A stretch of 64,000 nucleotides of DNA from Pseudomonadota bacterium (GCA_021324655.1 JAJPIP010000035.1:86121-150120); one strand, 5' to 3'; counted from the stretch's first letter, positions 38,771 to 49,124 are shown. Numbers and translations: made by a program. Notes: a model not told the origin generated them from the letters alone.

Positions 38771-39069
38771 ATCCTCCGTACCGCTCTCTCGACGACGCGA
38801 TCGAGGAGCTGCGGCGCGTCTTCGACGACGAAGAGATTGACGGCCTCCTGCGCCAGCTGACGATTCGCCAGGCAGAAGGCGCCGGTGCCGATCGCGACTA
38901 TCTCCTCCGCCGGGTGCGTGAGCTACAAGGGACAGAGTGGGGAGAAGCAGAGCCGATCGTGGCGGAATTGCTCCGCGTGCTGGCGCACCTGGTGGCGTCG
39001 GTCGAAGTGCTCTGGTCCACGGTCGCCCGACTGGAGCAGCGTCTGGAAGCGCTGGAAGAGGAGGAGTGA
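38767..39069 (+). CDS. Small hypothetical helical protein
   Basis: 100 aa. GTG start overlapping the previous stop. Predicted helical, acidic, with an EALEEEE tail. Its stop overlaps the GTG start of the lactonase-like gene. Confidence 0.4.
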   Translation: MNPPYRSLDDAIEELRRVFDDEEIDGLLRQLTIRQAEGAGADRDYLLRRVRELQGTEWGEAEPIVAELLRVLAHLVASVEVLWSTVARLEQRLEALEEEE

Positions 39070-39815
39070 AGGTCTATCTCCTCTCCGGTGGCAGCGTCGA
39101 CGTCGATCGCGCCGTCATCCATCCCGGCGATGATTCACGCCGGCGTGTCTTGCTCCCCGTGATGCAGGTGCTGCTGGAGCATGCGGGGCAGCACGTCCTG
39201 GTGGATACCGGGATGCCGCCGGCCGCCACCGATCCGGAGGGACTCGAGCGGGAGTACGGGATGGAGACGGCCTGGATCCGGCCGGTGATGGCGGAGGACC
39301 AGCGCATCGACCGGCAGCTTGCCGCCCTGGGACTCGGCGCGCGCGACCTCGATCTCGTTATCAATACCCACCTGCACTTCGACCATGCCGGGGGCAACAC
39401 CTTCTTTGCCGGCGTTCCCGTTGCCGTGCAGAGCGCCGAGTTGGAGGTGGCCAATAGTGATGCGTATCTTCCGGTGTGGGACACCCCCGGCCTGCAGTTT
39501 CGGGTGGAGAACGGCGATTGGAGTCCGCTACCCGGTGTCCAGATGCTCCACACGCCCGGTCACACGCCCGGCCACCAGTCGATGCTGATCCGGCTGCCGA
39601 GCGGCCCCCTCCTCTTCACATGGGATGCCGTGTACACGGAGGAGCACTGGCGCACCGGAAAGCTGGGAGCGGTCAGCGATGTGGCGGCGGCCCGCGAGAG
39701 CATCGAGCGCCTGCAGGATCTGGCACGGGGCGCGCGCGTGATCTTCGGGCATGACCGGGCACAGTGGGAGGCGCTGGGCATGAGCGACCGTCCGACGCTG
39801 ATCGCATCGGACTGA
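39066..39815 (+). CDS. Metallo-beta-lactamase-fold hydrolase (N-acyl homoserine lactonase-like)
   Basis: HxHxDH zinc motif (NTHLHFDHAGGN) and downstream His/Asp ligands (HTPGHTPGH, D in FTWDAV). GTG start at 39066 behind a GGAGGAG RBS. The raw ORF's N-terminal extension was rejected. Confidence 0.7.
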   Translation: MKVYLLSGGSVDVDRAVIHPGDDSRRRVLLPVMQVLLEHAGQHVLVDTGMPPAATDPEGLEREYGMETAWIRPVMAEDQRIDRQLAALGLGARDLDLVINTHLHFDHAGGNTFFAGVPVAVQSAELEVANSDAYLPVWDTPGLQFRVENGDWSPLPGVQMLHTPGHTPGHQSMLIRLPSGPLLFTWDAVYTEEHWRTGKLGAVSDVAAARESIERLQDLARGARVIFGHDRAQWEALGMSDRPTLIASD

Positions 39816-39843
39816 GCGAAGACAACCCGCGCTACCCTGGGGG

Positions 39844-40818
39844 GTGATCACAACCCTACCGGAGATCCTCGCCCGCATCCCGGAGGCGCGCCAGGCGATC
39901 GAGGGCGCCGTCTACCGCACGCCGCTGGAGCCGTCGCCCTGGCTTTCGGAGATCAGCGGGGCCACAGTGTTTCTTAAAGAGGAATACTGGCAGCCGACGG
40001 GCAGCTTCAAGGTACGCGGTGCCACCGCAGCGGTGGCGCACCTGACAGCAGAGCAGCGGGAGCGCGGCGTCGTGACCGCCTCCGCCGGCAATCACGGCCT
40101 CGGCCTCGCCTATGCCGCGTCGCGTCTTGGCGTGCAGGCCACCATCGTGACGCCGGACAATGCCAGCCCGGCCAAGATCTCCGCCCTGCAGCGGTTCCCG
40201 GTGCGCCTCCTGACGGGTGGCCCGTCCTATGACGATGCCGAGCGGCGGGCACTGCAGCTCGCGGATGAGAGCGGCGCCGTCTTCGTCTCTCCCTACAACG
40301 ATCCCTGGGTCGTGGCAGGTCAGGGAACAATCGGCGTCGAGTTGCTGGAGGATGTGCCGGATCTGACGACAGTGCTGGTGCCGGTGGGAGGCGGCGGACT
40401 GATCAGCGGGATCGGCACCTGGCTGAAGGCAGTCAGGCCCTCAATTCGCGTCGTCGGCGTCCAGTCCTCGGCGTCGCCCGCCATGGAGCAAGCACTGGCC
40501 GCCGGCCGGCTGGTCGAGATTCCCATCCTGCCCACCATCGCCGATGGGCTTGCCGCTAACATCCAGCCCGGATCGATCACCTTCCCGCTGGCTCAGAAAG
40601 CCGTGGATGAGATGGTGTTGGTCTCGGAGGAGGAGATTGCGGAGACCATTGCGGCAACGTTCCAGGAGATACACGTGGCACTGGAGGGGTCGGCGGTCGT
40701 CGGCATCGCCGCCCTGCGCACCGGCAAGCTACCGGATAAAGAGGGGAAGATCGCTGTCGTCGTGACGGGCCGGAATATCGCCGCGGAGCGGCTGTGCGGC
40801 ATCCTGGCCAGGGGGTAA
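39844..40818 (+). CDS. Threonine/serine dehydratase (PLP-dependent, fold type II)
   Basis: PLP-lysine motif TGSFKVRGA. Glycine-rich loop VPVGGGGLISG. 324 aa. Confidence 0.8.
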   Translation: MITTLPEILARIPEARQAIEGAVYRTPLEPSPWLSEISGATVFLKEEYWQPTGSFKVRGATAAVAHLTAEQRERGVVTASAGNHGLGLAYAASRLGVQATIVTPDNASPAKISALQRFPVRLLTGGPSYDDAERRALQLADESGAVFVSPYNDPWVVAGQGTIGVELLEDVPDLTTVLVPVGGGGLISGIGTWLKAVRPSIRVVGVQSSASPAMEQALAAGRLVEIPILPTIADGLAANIQPGSITFPLAQKAVDEMVLVSEEEIAETIAATFQEIHVALEGSAVVGIAALRTGKLPDKEGKIAVVVTGRNIAAERLCGILARG

Positions 40819-40843
40819 CGCCTCGAGCCGGTCTGAACAGCTG

Positions 40844-41281
40844 TTACCTCGACCGCCGCTCCACCAACTCGATGGTCAGACCGTCGGGATCGGAGACATA
40901 GACGCAGCGAGCGCCGGCCCAATGTGCCGGCTCCGATAGCTCGATCGGCTCGGAGCGAGGGATGATGCCCGCCCCCCGAAGACGTGCCAGCATCGCCGTG
41001 AGGTCGGTGACCAGGATGCCGACGTGGATGCGGGGGGCGTCCTGACCATTGTCGATGCCATCCGCCTGGTCGACGTACTGCAGGAGCTCGAGGATGCGGC
41101 CGCCGAGGTCGAGGTCGGCGTAGCGGAGGCGGCGGCCGTCGCCGGTCATCGCCATCGCGTCGGCGCCGATGTCCTCCCCCCTCCCCAGGAGCGGAATGCC
41201 GAGCAGGTCGTGATAGAAGGCCAGCGAGCGATCAAGGTCGTGGACGACCATGCCGACGTGATCGAGGCGGGAGGTGATCAC
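40844..41281 (-). CDS. VOC family protein (glyoxalase/bleomycin-resistance/dioxygenase fold)
   Basis: N-terminus LDHVGMVVHDLDRSLAFYHDLLG and C-terminus DPDGLTIELVE, typical of the VOC fold. Confidence 0.7.
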   Translation of the reverse strand: MITSRLDHVGMVVHDLDRSLAFYHDLLGIPLLGRGEDIGADAMAMTGDGRRLRYADLDLGGRILELLQYVDQADGIDNGQDAPRIHVGILVTDLTAMLARLRGAGIIPRSEPIELSEPAHWAGARCVYVSDPDGLTIELVERRSR

Positions 41282-42681
41282 GGGAGCGAATCCAGGCGCG
41301 GGGGAATGACGTCACGGCTGAAGACGTCGTCCAGCGTCTCCCGGCGCTTGATCGTCTCGGCGCGCTCACCCGAGACCAGGACGGTGGCCGGCCGGGGCAG
41401 GGCATTGAAGTTATTGGCACTCGCATCCTGATACGCCCCGGTGTCGAGAAAGGCCAGGATATCGCCGGGCGTGAGCGCCGGGACGGAGGCCTGGCCGACG
41501 ATGACGTCGAAGCCGCAGGACAGGCCGACGATATCCGCCTGCTGGGTCGGTGGTGCATCGGCAGCCCCGGCCGGAACGACGATCCAGCGATTACCTTCCA
41601 GCACCGTATCGAGGAGAAAGACATCAGAGGTGTCGGTCTCCACCCAGCGCCAGGAGAAAGGCCGGCTCTGCTCTTTGATGTTGCGCACCGCCGCCAGGTG
41701 AACGCCGGTGTTGCCGTACATGGCCCGCCCCGGCTCGACTTCGAGGGCGATTCCGATCGGCGAGAGGCCGCGGTCGAGCAAGCCCTGGCGGAGGCCGGAG
41801 GCCATCGCCTCGGCATACTCCGGAATGGCCGGAGCCGGTGGTGCGTTCTCACGACCGTGGGCGCGGCCGAAGGGATCGCGCGGAACGGCGAATCCCCCGC
41901 CCAGATCGATTTCTTGCGGCATCCAGCCGTCCCAAGCCTCCTGGAGGATTGCCACGACGTCGGCGATGCTCGCAGCCATCCGCCTCCACACCGCGAGATC
42001 CGCACTGTGCCGGCCAAGGTGGGCCATCACGCCGCGGATCTGGAGCTCAGGGGCGTGCAACGCCTCGCGGCCTGCCGGGATGAGATCCTCCAGCGGAATG
42101 CCGGGCTTGTACCGCGCGGCAGCCTGCGCGACGGTCAGCGAGCCGGCATAGAACTCCGATGGCTGATCGAGGCCCTGATAGTCCGGGCGCAGGCGGACGC
42201 GGACGACGGCCTGCATACCCAGATCGCGCGCGACCTTCCGAACCAGGTCGATCTCCACCGCGCTGTCGAGCGTGATCTTCGCCCCCTTCGAGACGGCGCG
42301 CTCGATCAGACCGCGGTCCTTGGCCGTCCCGTTGACCGAGATGAGCTCCGGGGGAACGCCGGATCTGAGCGCGGCATGCAGCTCGCCGGCCCCGAAAGTG
42401 TCACAGCCCAATTCCTCGTCGGTCAGGATACGGCGCAAGGCAAGCGAGAAGTTGGCTTTGATCGACGGCAGGATGCGCACCGGTCCTTCCGTCCAGGCGG
42501 CCGCGAATGCCGCCCGAAAGGCACGCGCGTTGCGCCGGAGTTGCCCTTCCGACACGACATAGAGAGGTGTCCCGAACCGGGCTGCCAGATCGACCAGCGA
42601 GACGTCCTCCAGATGGAGCACCCCCTGCCGGATCGACAGGCAGGAATCGAGCGCGGCCGCCATGGGATCGGTGATGCTCAT
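41278..42681 (-). CDS. PLP-dependent decarboxylase, Orn/DAP/Arg decarboxylase family 2 (LysA-like)
   Basis: PLP-lysine region (ILPSIKANFS). Gly-rich GGGF motif. C-terminal beta-domain. 467 aa. ATGA overlap with the VOC gene. Confidence 0.8.
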   Translation of the reverse strand: MSITDPMAAALDSCLSIRQGVLHLEDVSLVDLAARFGTPLYVVSEGQLRRNARAFRAAFAAAWTEGPVRILPSIKANFSLALRRILTDEELGCDTFGAGELHAALRSGVPPELISVNGTAKDRGLIERAVSKGAKITLDSAVEIDLVRKVARDLGMQAVVRVRLRPDYQGLDQPSEFYAGSLTVAQAAARYKPGIPLEDLIPAGREALHAPELQIRGVMAHLGRHSADLAVWRRMAASIADVVAILQEAWDGWMPQEIDLGGGFAVPRDPFGRAHGRENAPPAPAIPEYAEAMASGLRQGLLDRGLSPIGIALEVEPGRAMYGNTGVHLAAVRNIKEQSRPFSWRWVETDTSDVFLLDTVLEGNRWIVVPAGAADAPPTQQADIVGLSCGFDVIVGQASVPALTPGDILAFLDTGAYQDASANNFNALPRPATVLVSGERAETIKRRETLDDVFSRDVIPPRLDSLP

Positions 42682-42800
42682 GCCCGGTATCGTACTCGAC
42701 GGGACGGGATTCCGGAGGCTGGGGAGCGAAGGGCACCGGCGCCCAGGGGTGGTAGGTCAAAATGGATCGTGTCCTCGGCAAGGCGCGCGGGAGGTGCGGG

Positions 42801-44159
42801 GTGGACGATGCGACTCGATACGACGCGATTGTCATAGGTGTGGGGACGGCCGGGGGTAGTGTGATCTGGCCGCTCCACCAGGCAGGACTGCGGGTTGCCG
42901 CCATCGAGAGGGAACTCGTGGGCGGCCTCTGTGCGTACTGGGGCTGCATCCCCAGCAAGACGCTGCTCCGCCCGGGAACGATCAGGTGGGAGGCGCGGCA
43001 CGGGTTCGGGGTCGGCGAGCCCGGCCTGACCTGGCCGGAAGTCGCGCACTACCGCAACTACATGGTCCGAGACTGGAACGACAGCGCGCCGGTCGAGGAG
43101 CTCAAAGCGGCCGGCATTGATTTCTTCCGTGGTGAGGCAACGATCACGGGGCCCGGAGAAGTGCGGGTCAACGGCCGCGTGCTGCCGACACAGCGGATCG
43201 TGGTAGCGACGGGTTCTCTCGCCACCATTCCCCCCATCGAGGGTCTGAAAGAGATCAACTACTGGACCAATCGGGAGGCGACCGCATTCCAGACCGTGCC
43301 GAAGAGCGTCCTCATCATTGGAGGCGGCGCCATCGGTTGTGAGCTGGGTCAGGCGCTACACGGCTACGGGGCACAGGTCTCTATCGTGGAGGCAGCGCCT
43401 CAGCTGCTGGGGAGTGAAAGTCCCGCGGCGGCCACGCATCTAGCGAAGCGGTTCGAGGCCATTGGGATCAGACTGCACCTGGGGCGGAAGGCCGTGCGAT
43501 TCGAGGAGACGGCGCAGGGCAAGACCGCCACTCTGGATAACGGGGAGACGCTCACCGCCCAGGAAGTGCTGGTGGCAACCGGACGTCATGCCGACACGGA
43601 GGGATTGGGCCTGGAGCACGTCGGCGTCACGGCAACCAAGAAAGGCGTCAAGATCGACGATCACTGCCGCGCCGGCGAGAACGTCTGGGCGGTCGGGGAC
43701 GTGACCGGCGTGGCCGGGTTCACCCATGTCGCCGACTATCAAGGGTATGTCACCGTGCAGGATATCCTGGGCCGACCGCGTCCGGCCGACTATCGTGCGA
43801 TTCCCCGGGTCACGTATACCGATCCGGAGGTCGCCTCGGTCGGCATGACCGAGCAGCAGCAAGCACCGCAGGGCATGGATCTGGTCGAAGCCCACGTGCC
43901 ACTGAGCGCCGCCTCCCGCGCCGAGACCTACGGCAAGGGATACCAGGGAGGGCTCAGTCTCGTCGCCGACCGCCAGGAGAAGGTGCTGGTGGGAGCGTGG
44001 GCGGTTGGCCCGCTCGCCGGGGAGTGGGTCCAATTTGCCACGCTTGCCATTCGTGCTCGGGTCCCGATTCAGGTGCTGGATGATACGATCCTGGCCTTCC
44101 CTACATTCACGCGGCTCTATCTGGAACCTATACGACAGCTCCAGCAGAAGCTCAGCTGA
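42801..44159 (+). CDS. FAD-dependent pyridine nucleotide-disulfide oxidoreductase (class I, lipoamide dehydrogenase/mercuric reductase-like)
   Basis: FAD motif DAIVIGVGTAGG. Redox-active disulfide GGLCAYWGCIPSK. NAD(P) motif IIGGGAIGCE. C-terminal dimerisation domain. GTG start with a GGGAGGTG RBS. Confidence 0.75.
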   Translation: MDDATRYDAIVIGVGTAGGSVIWPLHQAGLRVAAIERELVGGLCAYWGCIPSKTLLRPGTIRWEARHGFGVGEPGLTWPEVAHYRNYMVRDWNDSAPVEELKAAGIDFFRGEATITGPGEVRVNGRVLPTQRIVVATGSLATIPPIEGLKEINYWTNREATAFQTVPKSVLIIGGGAIGCELGQALHGYGAQVSIVEAAPQLLGSESPAAATHLAKRFEAIGIRLHLGRKAVRFEETAQGKTATLDNGETLTAQEVLVATGRHADTEGLGLEHVGVTATKKGVKIDDHCRAGENVWAVGDVTGVAGFTHVADYQGYVTVQDILGRPRPADYRAIPRVTYTDPEVASVGMTEQQQAPQGMDLVEAHVPLSAASRAETYGKGYQGGLSLVADRQEKVLVGAWAVGPLAGEWVQFATLAIRARVPIQVLDDTILAFPTFTRLYLEPIRQLQQKLS

Positions 44160-44319
44160 CCGAGTAGACCTCTCCGCGATCTCGCCGGGCTTGACGCAGA
44201 CCACCTTCCGGCCCCCCGCTTACAGGACCTCCGGCCCTGTCCCGGTGGCCGGCTCCGTGATTGAATGCCGCTTAGCGGTCGAGCGAGCGACCGCAGGCAT
44301 GTGATTCGGAGGATCGAAG

Positions 44320-44541
44320 ATGCGCAAGAATGTCATGACAGGCGTGATTGTCGGCCTTTTGGCCCTCTCGGGGGTGGTCGCCCGCTCCCCGCTCACGCAT
44401 GCGTCCACGCTTCCTCCCACCTATCTGCCCGCCTACTCCTGCACCTTGATGGTTCACGGTCAAAAAGTGACTCTGTGGACCACATCGAGCGCCGTCGAGG
44501 CGTATCTCGTCGCGCACGGAGCCGCCTGCACGATGAGTTGA
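44320..44541 (+). CDS. Small secreted hypothetical protein
   Basis: 73 aa. GGAGGA RBS. N-terminal signal peptide (VIVGLLALSGVVARSPLTHAST). Confidence 0.45.
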   Translation: MRKNVMTGVIVGLLALSGVVARSPLTHASTLPPTYLPAYSCTLMVHGQKVTLWTTSSAVEAYLVAHGAACTMS

Positions 44542-44864
44542 GCCGGCAGGGCGCCAGGTGACCATTGCACGGCCCTTACCCGACGGCTAGCCGGGTAGGG
44601 GCTGTGTGGCGTTCCGGGAGATGTGCCGGCCCTAGTCGCTCCCGCGGTCGGCAGCGCTGGTCGGCGATTCCGCTCCCTGGCTCTCACTCACGTGATCGGG
44701 ACCGGCATGCGCCGCACTGTTCCCCAATGCGGCGCGCTGCTCGTCGGGCTCGGCCGCTCGCGGCCCGCCCTCCGGGCCACCGGTGTGCTTATTGGTTCCG
44801 CGATCCTGATCTTCTGCAGTCATGTCCAGACCTGAGCATGATTCAGACCGGGTGACACCTGCGG

Positions 44865-46193
44865 CTACGAACAGAACCGGGTGACAATGTCGTAGAGCAC
44901 GTTGATGCCCCAGATGTAGCCCTCGATGGGCACGCGCTCGTTATGGCCGTGGACCAGACTGTCGGAGGGAAAGCCGGGCGGGACGCGTAACGGCCCGAAA
45001 CCGAGGCAGGTCGTGCCGAGACGGCCGACGTGCTTGGCGTCGGTGGCACCGGCCAGCATGGTCGGAAGGAGGGTGGCGCGCGGCGCGTGCCGGCGCATGA
45101 CGTCGACGATCGTCTCGTACAGCAGACCACCGGGTGGATCTTCCAGGGGACGCGTCACATCGATCGGTTCGAGAACCGCTCCCGTGCCGACCACGGCGCG
45201 CACCTCCTCGACAAAGCCTTCCGGCGTCTGACCCGGCAGGTAGCGTCCATCAACCAGCACCTCGGCCTCTCCCGGAATGACGTTGATCTTACGGCCGGCC
45301 CGTAGCCCCGTGGGCACGGCGGTGTCGTGGGTGATGGCATGGAGGAAGTGCTGGAGATCGGCGGGCAGCCGGCCCATCACACGCTCCAGATTCTTCTCGC
45401 TCAGCACTCTCTCTCCCTCCGGCAGTCCGAGGGCTCGCGTTGTCTCCCGGAAGAAGGCGGCCGCGGTGGCCGTGGTCCGAAAGGGGAGCGGGGTCGTGGC
45501 CAGAGCGGTGGCGGCGCGGGCGGCCCGTTCGACGGCCGTGTCGGGGCGCGGGATGGCGGCGTGCGCGGGAGTTCCCGCGGTGCGCAGCGCGAATCGGTAG
45601 GTCCCCTTCTCGGCGGTTCGGATGTCGTAGAACTCCTTCCCGCCGATGTACATCGTGGTCCCGCCCCCCTCGCTCAGCGCGTACTCGGCGCGAACCAGAT
45701 CGGGGTGCTCGTCCACCAGGAATCCGATGCCGACGTCGCCGCCCACTTCCTCATCGGCGGTCGCCGCGAAGATGACGTCGCGGCGGAGGCGCACCCCGTT
45801 GCGCTGGAGGAGAAGCATGACCATTAGCTCCTGCGCCACCATGCTCTTCATATCGAGAGCGCCGCGTCCCCAGACGCACCCGTCGGCGATCTCTCCCGAG
45901 AACGGCCCGCGATTCCAGCTCGCCTCGTCGGCAGGAACCACATCCACGTGTCCGTACAGGAGAAAGGGCGGCAGTTCTCCGGTTCCGGGGTAGCGCGCGA
46001 CGACATTCCCGCGTCCCGGGACCGCGGCGAGCACGGCGGGGTCATAGCCCGCGGCGTGCAGGATACCCGCCAGATAGTCCGCTGCCGCCGTCTCGTTACC
46101 GGGAGGGTTGCTGGTGTCGATCTGCAAGAGACCTTGCAAATGGCGAACGGCTTCGTCGGTCAGCGGATCAGCGACAGGCGCGGTCTCGGTCAT
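44865..46193 (-). CDS. M20 family metallopeptidase (ArgE/DapE/ACY1/CPG2-like)
   Basis: Metal-binding motifs (LLYGHVDVVPA, GRGALDMKS, ADEEVGG) and a C-terminal His (HGHNE). 442 aa. Confidence 0.8.
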   Translation of the reverse strand: MTETAPVADPLTDEAVRHLQGLLQIDTSNPPGNETAAADYLAGILHAAGYDPAVLAAVPGRGNVVARYPGTGELPPFLLYGHVDVVPADEASWNRGPFSGEIADGCVWGRGALDMKSMVAQELMVMLLLQRNGVRLRRDVIFAATADEEVGGDVGIGFLVDEHPDLVRAEYALSEGGGTTMYIGGKEFYDIRTAEKGTYRFALRTAGTPAHAAIPRPDTAVERAARAATALATTPLPFRTTATAAAFFRETTRALGLPEGERVLSEKNLERVMGRLPADLQHFLHAITHDTAVPTGLRAGRKINVIPGEAEVLVDGRYLPGQTPEGFVEEVRAVVGTGAVLEPIDVTRPLEDPPGGLLYETIVDVMRRHAPRATLLPTMLAGATDAKHVGRLGTTCLGFGPLRVPPGFPSDSLVHGHNERVPIEGYIWGINVLYDIVTRFCS

Positions 46194-46240
46194 GTCTCCC
46201 TCCCCAGGGGTGTCGCCTCAGCTTAGACCGGACCCGCCGA

Positions 46241-46633
46241 TCAGGCCGTCGCTTGATCGATCTGATGGAGCATGTCGTCAATGTCGAAGGGTTTGGCCAG
46301 GACATGCGCTGCTCCCAATTCCGCGCCCCGGGCCGCCGCGTCGTGCATGGCGGTCATGACGATGATCGGGATATCGGCAGTCTGACGCTCCCCATGCAAG
46401 AGGCGTGCGACCTGGAAACCATCGACGACCGGCATCATGAGATCGAGCAGGACAACATCGGGACGAAACTCGAGGGCCGACTCCATGGCCGTTTCTCCCA
46501 CCGCCAGCCGTGTCTCGTAGCCCTCCAGATCGAGAACGCCGGAGATGAGCGTGGCGACATCTTGCTCGTCCTCGACGATCAGGACTCGTTTCGACACGAT
46601 CCCTCCCCGGAGGGGATACCTCCGTTTGCTCAT
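46241..46633 (-). CDS. Single-domain response regulator (CheY-like receiver)
   Basis: RVLIVEDEQD, then VVLLDLMMP with the phospho-acceptor Asp, and a conserved Thr/Lys region (IIVMTAM...LAKPF). The exact start within the ORF is uncertain. Confidence 0.7.
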   Translation of the reverse strand: MSKRRYPLRGGIVSKRVLIVEDEQDVATLISGVLDLEGYETRLAVGETAMESALEFRPDVVLLDLMMPVVDGFQVARLLHGERQTADIPIIVMTAMHDAAARGAELGAAHVLAKPFDIDDMLHQIDQATA

Positions 46634-46796
46634 CAGCCGGCAGCCCGGCCATCAAGACAGCCGAGCGCGGACCACACCATCCCCCGCTGCGCACTCCCCC
46701 TGAGCGCCGCCGCCATCATTATGGCACTCTCTATCCAACACCAAAATATACGCATGCGTTGTGCGTTAGTGTCATCCAGTAACCGATAATGCCTGC

Positions 46797-49112
46797 ATGA
46801 CCACTGGTCCCCTTACCGACACGGCGCTCGCTCTCTTTCGGACCGTTTTCGAACAGTCGCCGACCAGCCTGCAAGTTTTTGCCCCGGACGGGTCCACGCT
46901 GGCCGTGAACGCGGCCTGGGAATGCCTTTGGGGGACATCTCGTGACGCCATCCAGGACTACAACATCCTGGCCGACGAGCAGCTGGTCGAGAAGGGCCTT
47001 ATGCCCCTCATCCGGCGCGCCTTCGCCGGTGAGACCGTCGATCTGCCGGCGATCCGCTACCAGCCGGACGACACTCTCCCCGGCATCGCCGGCATTCCGT
47101 ATCGCTGGGTAAGCGCGCGGGCTTTTCCGCTCCGGGACGGCGACGGAGAGGTGATCGGGGTGGTGCTCAGCCACCAGGAGATCGCCGACACGATGAGTGA
47201 GGACAGACGTCAGGGCCGGGAGCGGTTTCGCCTGACGTTCGAGGAGGCGCCGCTGGGGATCGCTCTCCTCGAGCTTCACGGCGAGGGCGACGTCGTCGAG
47301 AGGGCAGACATTCTGCAAAGCAACCGCGCCTTTCGCTCCTTTCTGGGCTACAGCGAGGAGGAACTGCGATCGCTACCATCTGCCGCCTATACGCACCCTC
47401 TCGACCAGGAGACTCAGTCGGCGCTCCACGCCGATTTGCTCTCCGGTCGCCGTGGAGCAGGGCAAATCGAAAAGCGCTATATCCGGAAGGATGGCAGCGT
47501 CGTCTGGGGCCGACTCAATGTGACGGCAGTTCGCCGCTCCCGGCGCTCCGTCGTGGCCATTGTGATGGTCGAGGACATCACGGACCGGCGCCGTGTCGAG
47601 GAAGCGCTGCAGGGAAGTGAGGAGCGTCTCCGCACCATCTTTGAGCAAGCGCCGATCGGGATCGCCCTGATCGATCGCGACGGCCGGTACCTCGCCGTGA
47701 ATCCGGCACGACGTCGCATGCTGGGCTACGAGGCCGACGATTTAATCGGCCGGCACTACCTGGAGGTCACGCACCCGGATGACGTCGAGCTTGACCAGGA
47801 AATCAACCGCCAGGCAGCGGATGCCGGACAGGGCGGCTTCCAGGTGGAGAAGCGCTTTCTGCGCAAGGACGGCAGCGTCGTCTGGTCGCACGTCACGGTA
47901 CGGACTCTGCGGGACGAGAGCGGCGACATCCGCTACTCGATCTCCATCACCGAGGACGTGACGGCCCGCAAGGAGGCGGAAGCGCAGCGTGCGCGCCTCT
48001 TTGAGGCCGAGCAGTCGGCACGCCGGCACATGGAACGGTTAGTGGCGGAGCGCGAGGCAGTCCTGGGCCAGATCGCGGAAGGGGTCATCATCGCCGATCC
48101 GGACGGACGGCTGGTGTTTGTCAACGAGGAAGCATGCCGTATCTATGGCGTGGCCGAACTGGGTGTCGGCCCGGAAGAGTACAGCCGCGCGTACCACGTG
48201 TTTACCCTCGACGGCGAGCCGTACCCGTCGCTCGATCTGCCGATGTCGCGCGCCATTCGGAAGGGTGAGATCACGACCAATGTCCCCCTGCGGGTCAAGC
48301 GGCCGGATGGGACGGAAGTGATCATCCGGGCCGGCGCCAAACCGGTGCGGACCGACGACGGTGTGCTGGTCGGCGCCGTGCTGACGGTGCGAGACGTCAC
48401 CGCCGAGTACGACGTGGAGCGGCAAAAGGATGACTTCCTCTCGGCCGCCGCGCACGACCTCCGGACTCCACTCACCAGCGTCAAGGGACGACTGCAACTC
48501 CTGCGGCGCCGCGCCCTCCGGGGAATGCTCGACCCGCCGCAACTGGCCGAGGATCTCGACCGGATCGAGAGCGGCCTGAATCGCATGACCTCGCTCATCG
48601 GCGAATTGCTGGACGTTGCCAACATTCAGATCGGACGTCCCTTGGCGCTTCATCCCACCGCGACCGACCTCGTCCAGTTGGCGCGGAACGCCGCTGCCGA
48701 TCAACAGAACGTCTCGGACCGGCACCATATCAGGGTTGATGCCAGGGAACCGGTCGAGGGGATGTGGGATGTCTCTCGTCTGGAGCGGGCACTCGCCAAT
48801 CTGCTCTCCAACGCCATCAAGTACAGTCCGTCGGGCGGGGAGATCACCGTGAAAGTCCGAGCAGACGGAGACACGGCAATTCTCAGCGTGGCGGATCGCG
48901 GCGTGGGTATCCCGGCCGGCGATCTGCCGCACGTCTTCGATCGCTTCCGACGTGGCGGGAACGTTGCCGGCAAGATACCGGGGACCGGGATTGGGCTCGC
49001 CGCCGTGCGCGACATCGTGGACCGCCACGGCGGATCGATCGAGGCGCGTAACCGGCCGGGCGGGGGAGCGATCTTCACGATCCGCCTCCCCCGGCACCCA
49101 GACGGCTCTTAG
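46797..49112 (+). CDS. Multi-PAS sensor histidine kinase
   Basis: About four PAS/PAC repeats (recurring KDGSVVW...V motifs). HisKA H-box (AAAHDLRTPLTS). HATPase_c N and G boxes (LLSNAIKYS, DRGVGI, GTGIGLA). Confidence 0.85.
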   Translation: MTTGPLTDTALALFRTVFEQSPTSLQVFAPDGSTLAVNAAWECLWGTSRDAIQDYNILADEQLVEKGLMPLIRRAFAGETVDLPAIRYQPDDTLPGIAGIPYRWVSARAFPLRDGDGEVIGVVLSHQEIADTMSEDRRQGRERFRLTFEEAPLGIALLELHGEGDVVERADILQSNRAFRSFLGYSEEELRSLPSAAYTHPLDQETQSALHADLLSGRRGAGQIEKRYIRKDGSVVWGRLNVTAVRRSRRSVVAIVMVEDITDRRRVEEALQGSEERLRTIFEQAPIGIALIDRDGRYLAVNPARRRMLGYEADDLIGRHYLEVTHPDDVELDQEINRQAADAGQGGFQVEKRFLRKDGSVVWSHVTVRTLRDESGDIRYSISITEDVTARKEAEAQRARLFEAEQSARRHMERLVAEREAVLGQIAEGVIIADPDGRLVFVNEEACRIYGVAELGVGPEEYSRAYHVFTLDGEPYPSLDLPMSRAIRKGEITTNVPLRVKRPDGTEVIIRAGAKPVRTDDGVLVGAVLTVRDVTAEYDVERQKDDFLSAAAHDLRTPLTSVKGRLQLLRRRALRGMLDPPQLAEDLDRIESGLNRMTSLIGELLDVANIQIGRPLALHPTATDLVQLARNAAADQQNVSDRHHIRVDAREPVEGMWDVSRLERALANLLSNAIKYSPSGGEITVKVRADGDTAILSVADRGVGIPAGDLPHVFDRFRRGGNVAGKIPGTGIGLAAVRDIVDRHGGSIEARNRPGGGAIFTIRLPRHPDGS

Positions 49113-49124
49113 ATCCTCTCGATC

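Noticed and set aside
41698-42837. 379-aa + strand ORF and 41232..42017 (-) alternative frame
   Set aside because: Both overlap the PLP-dependent decarboxylase gene. They have no motifs and an Arg-rich composition.
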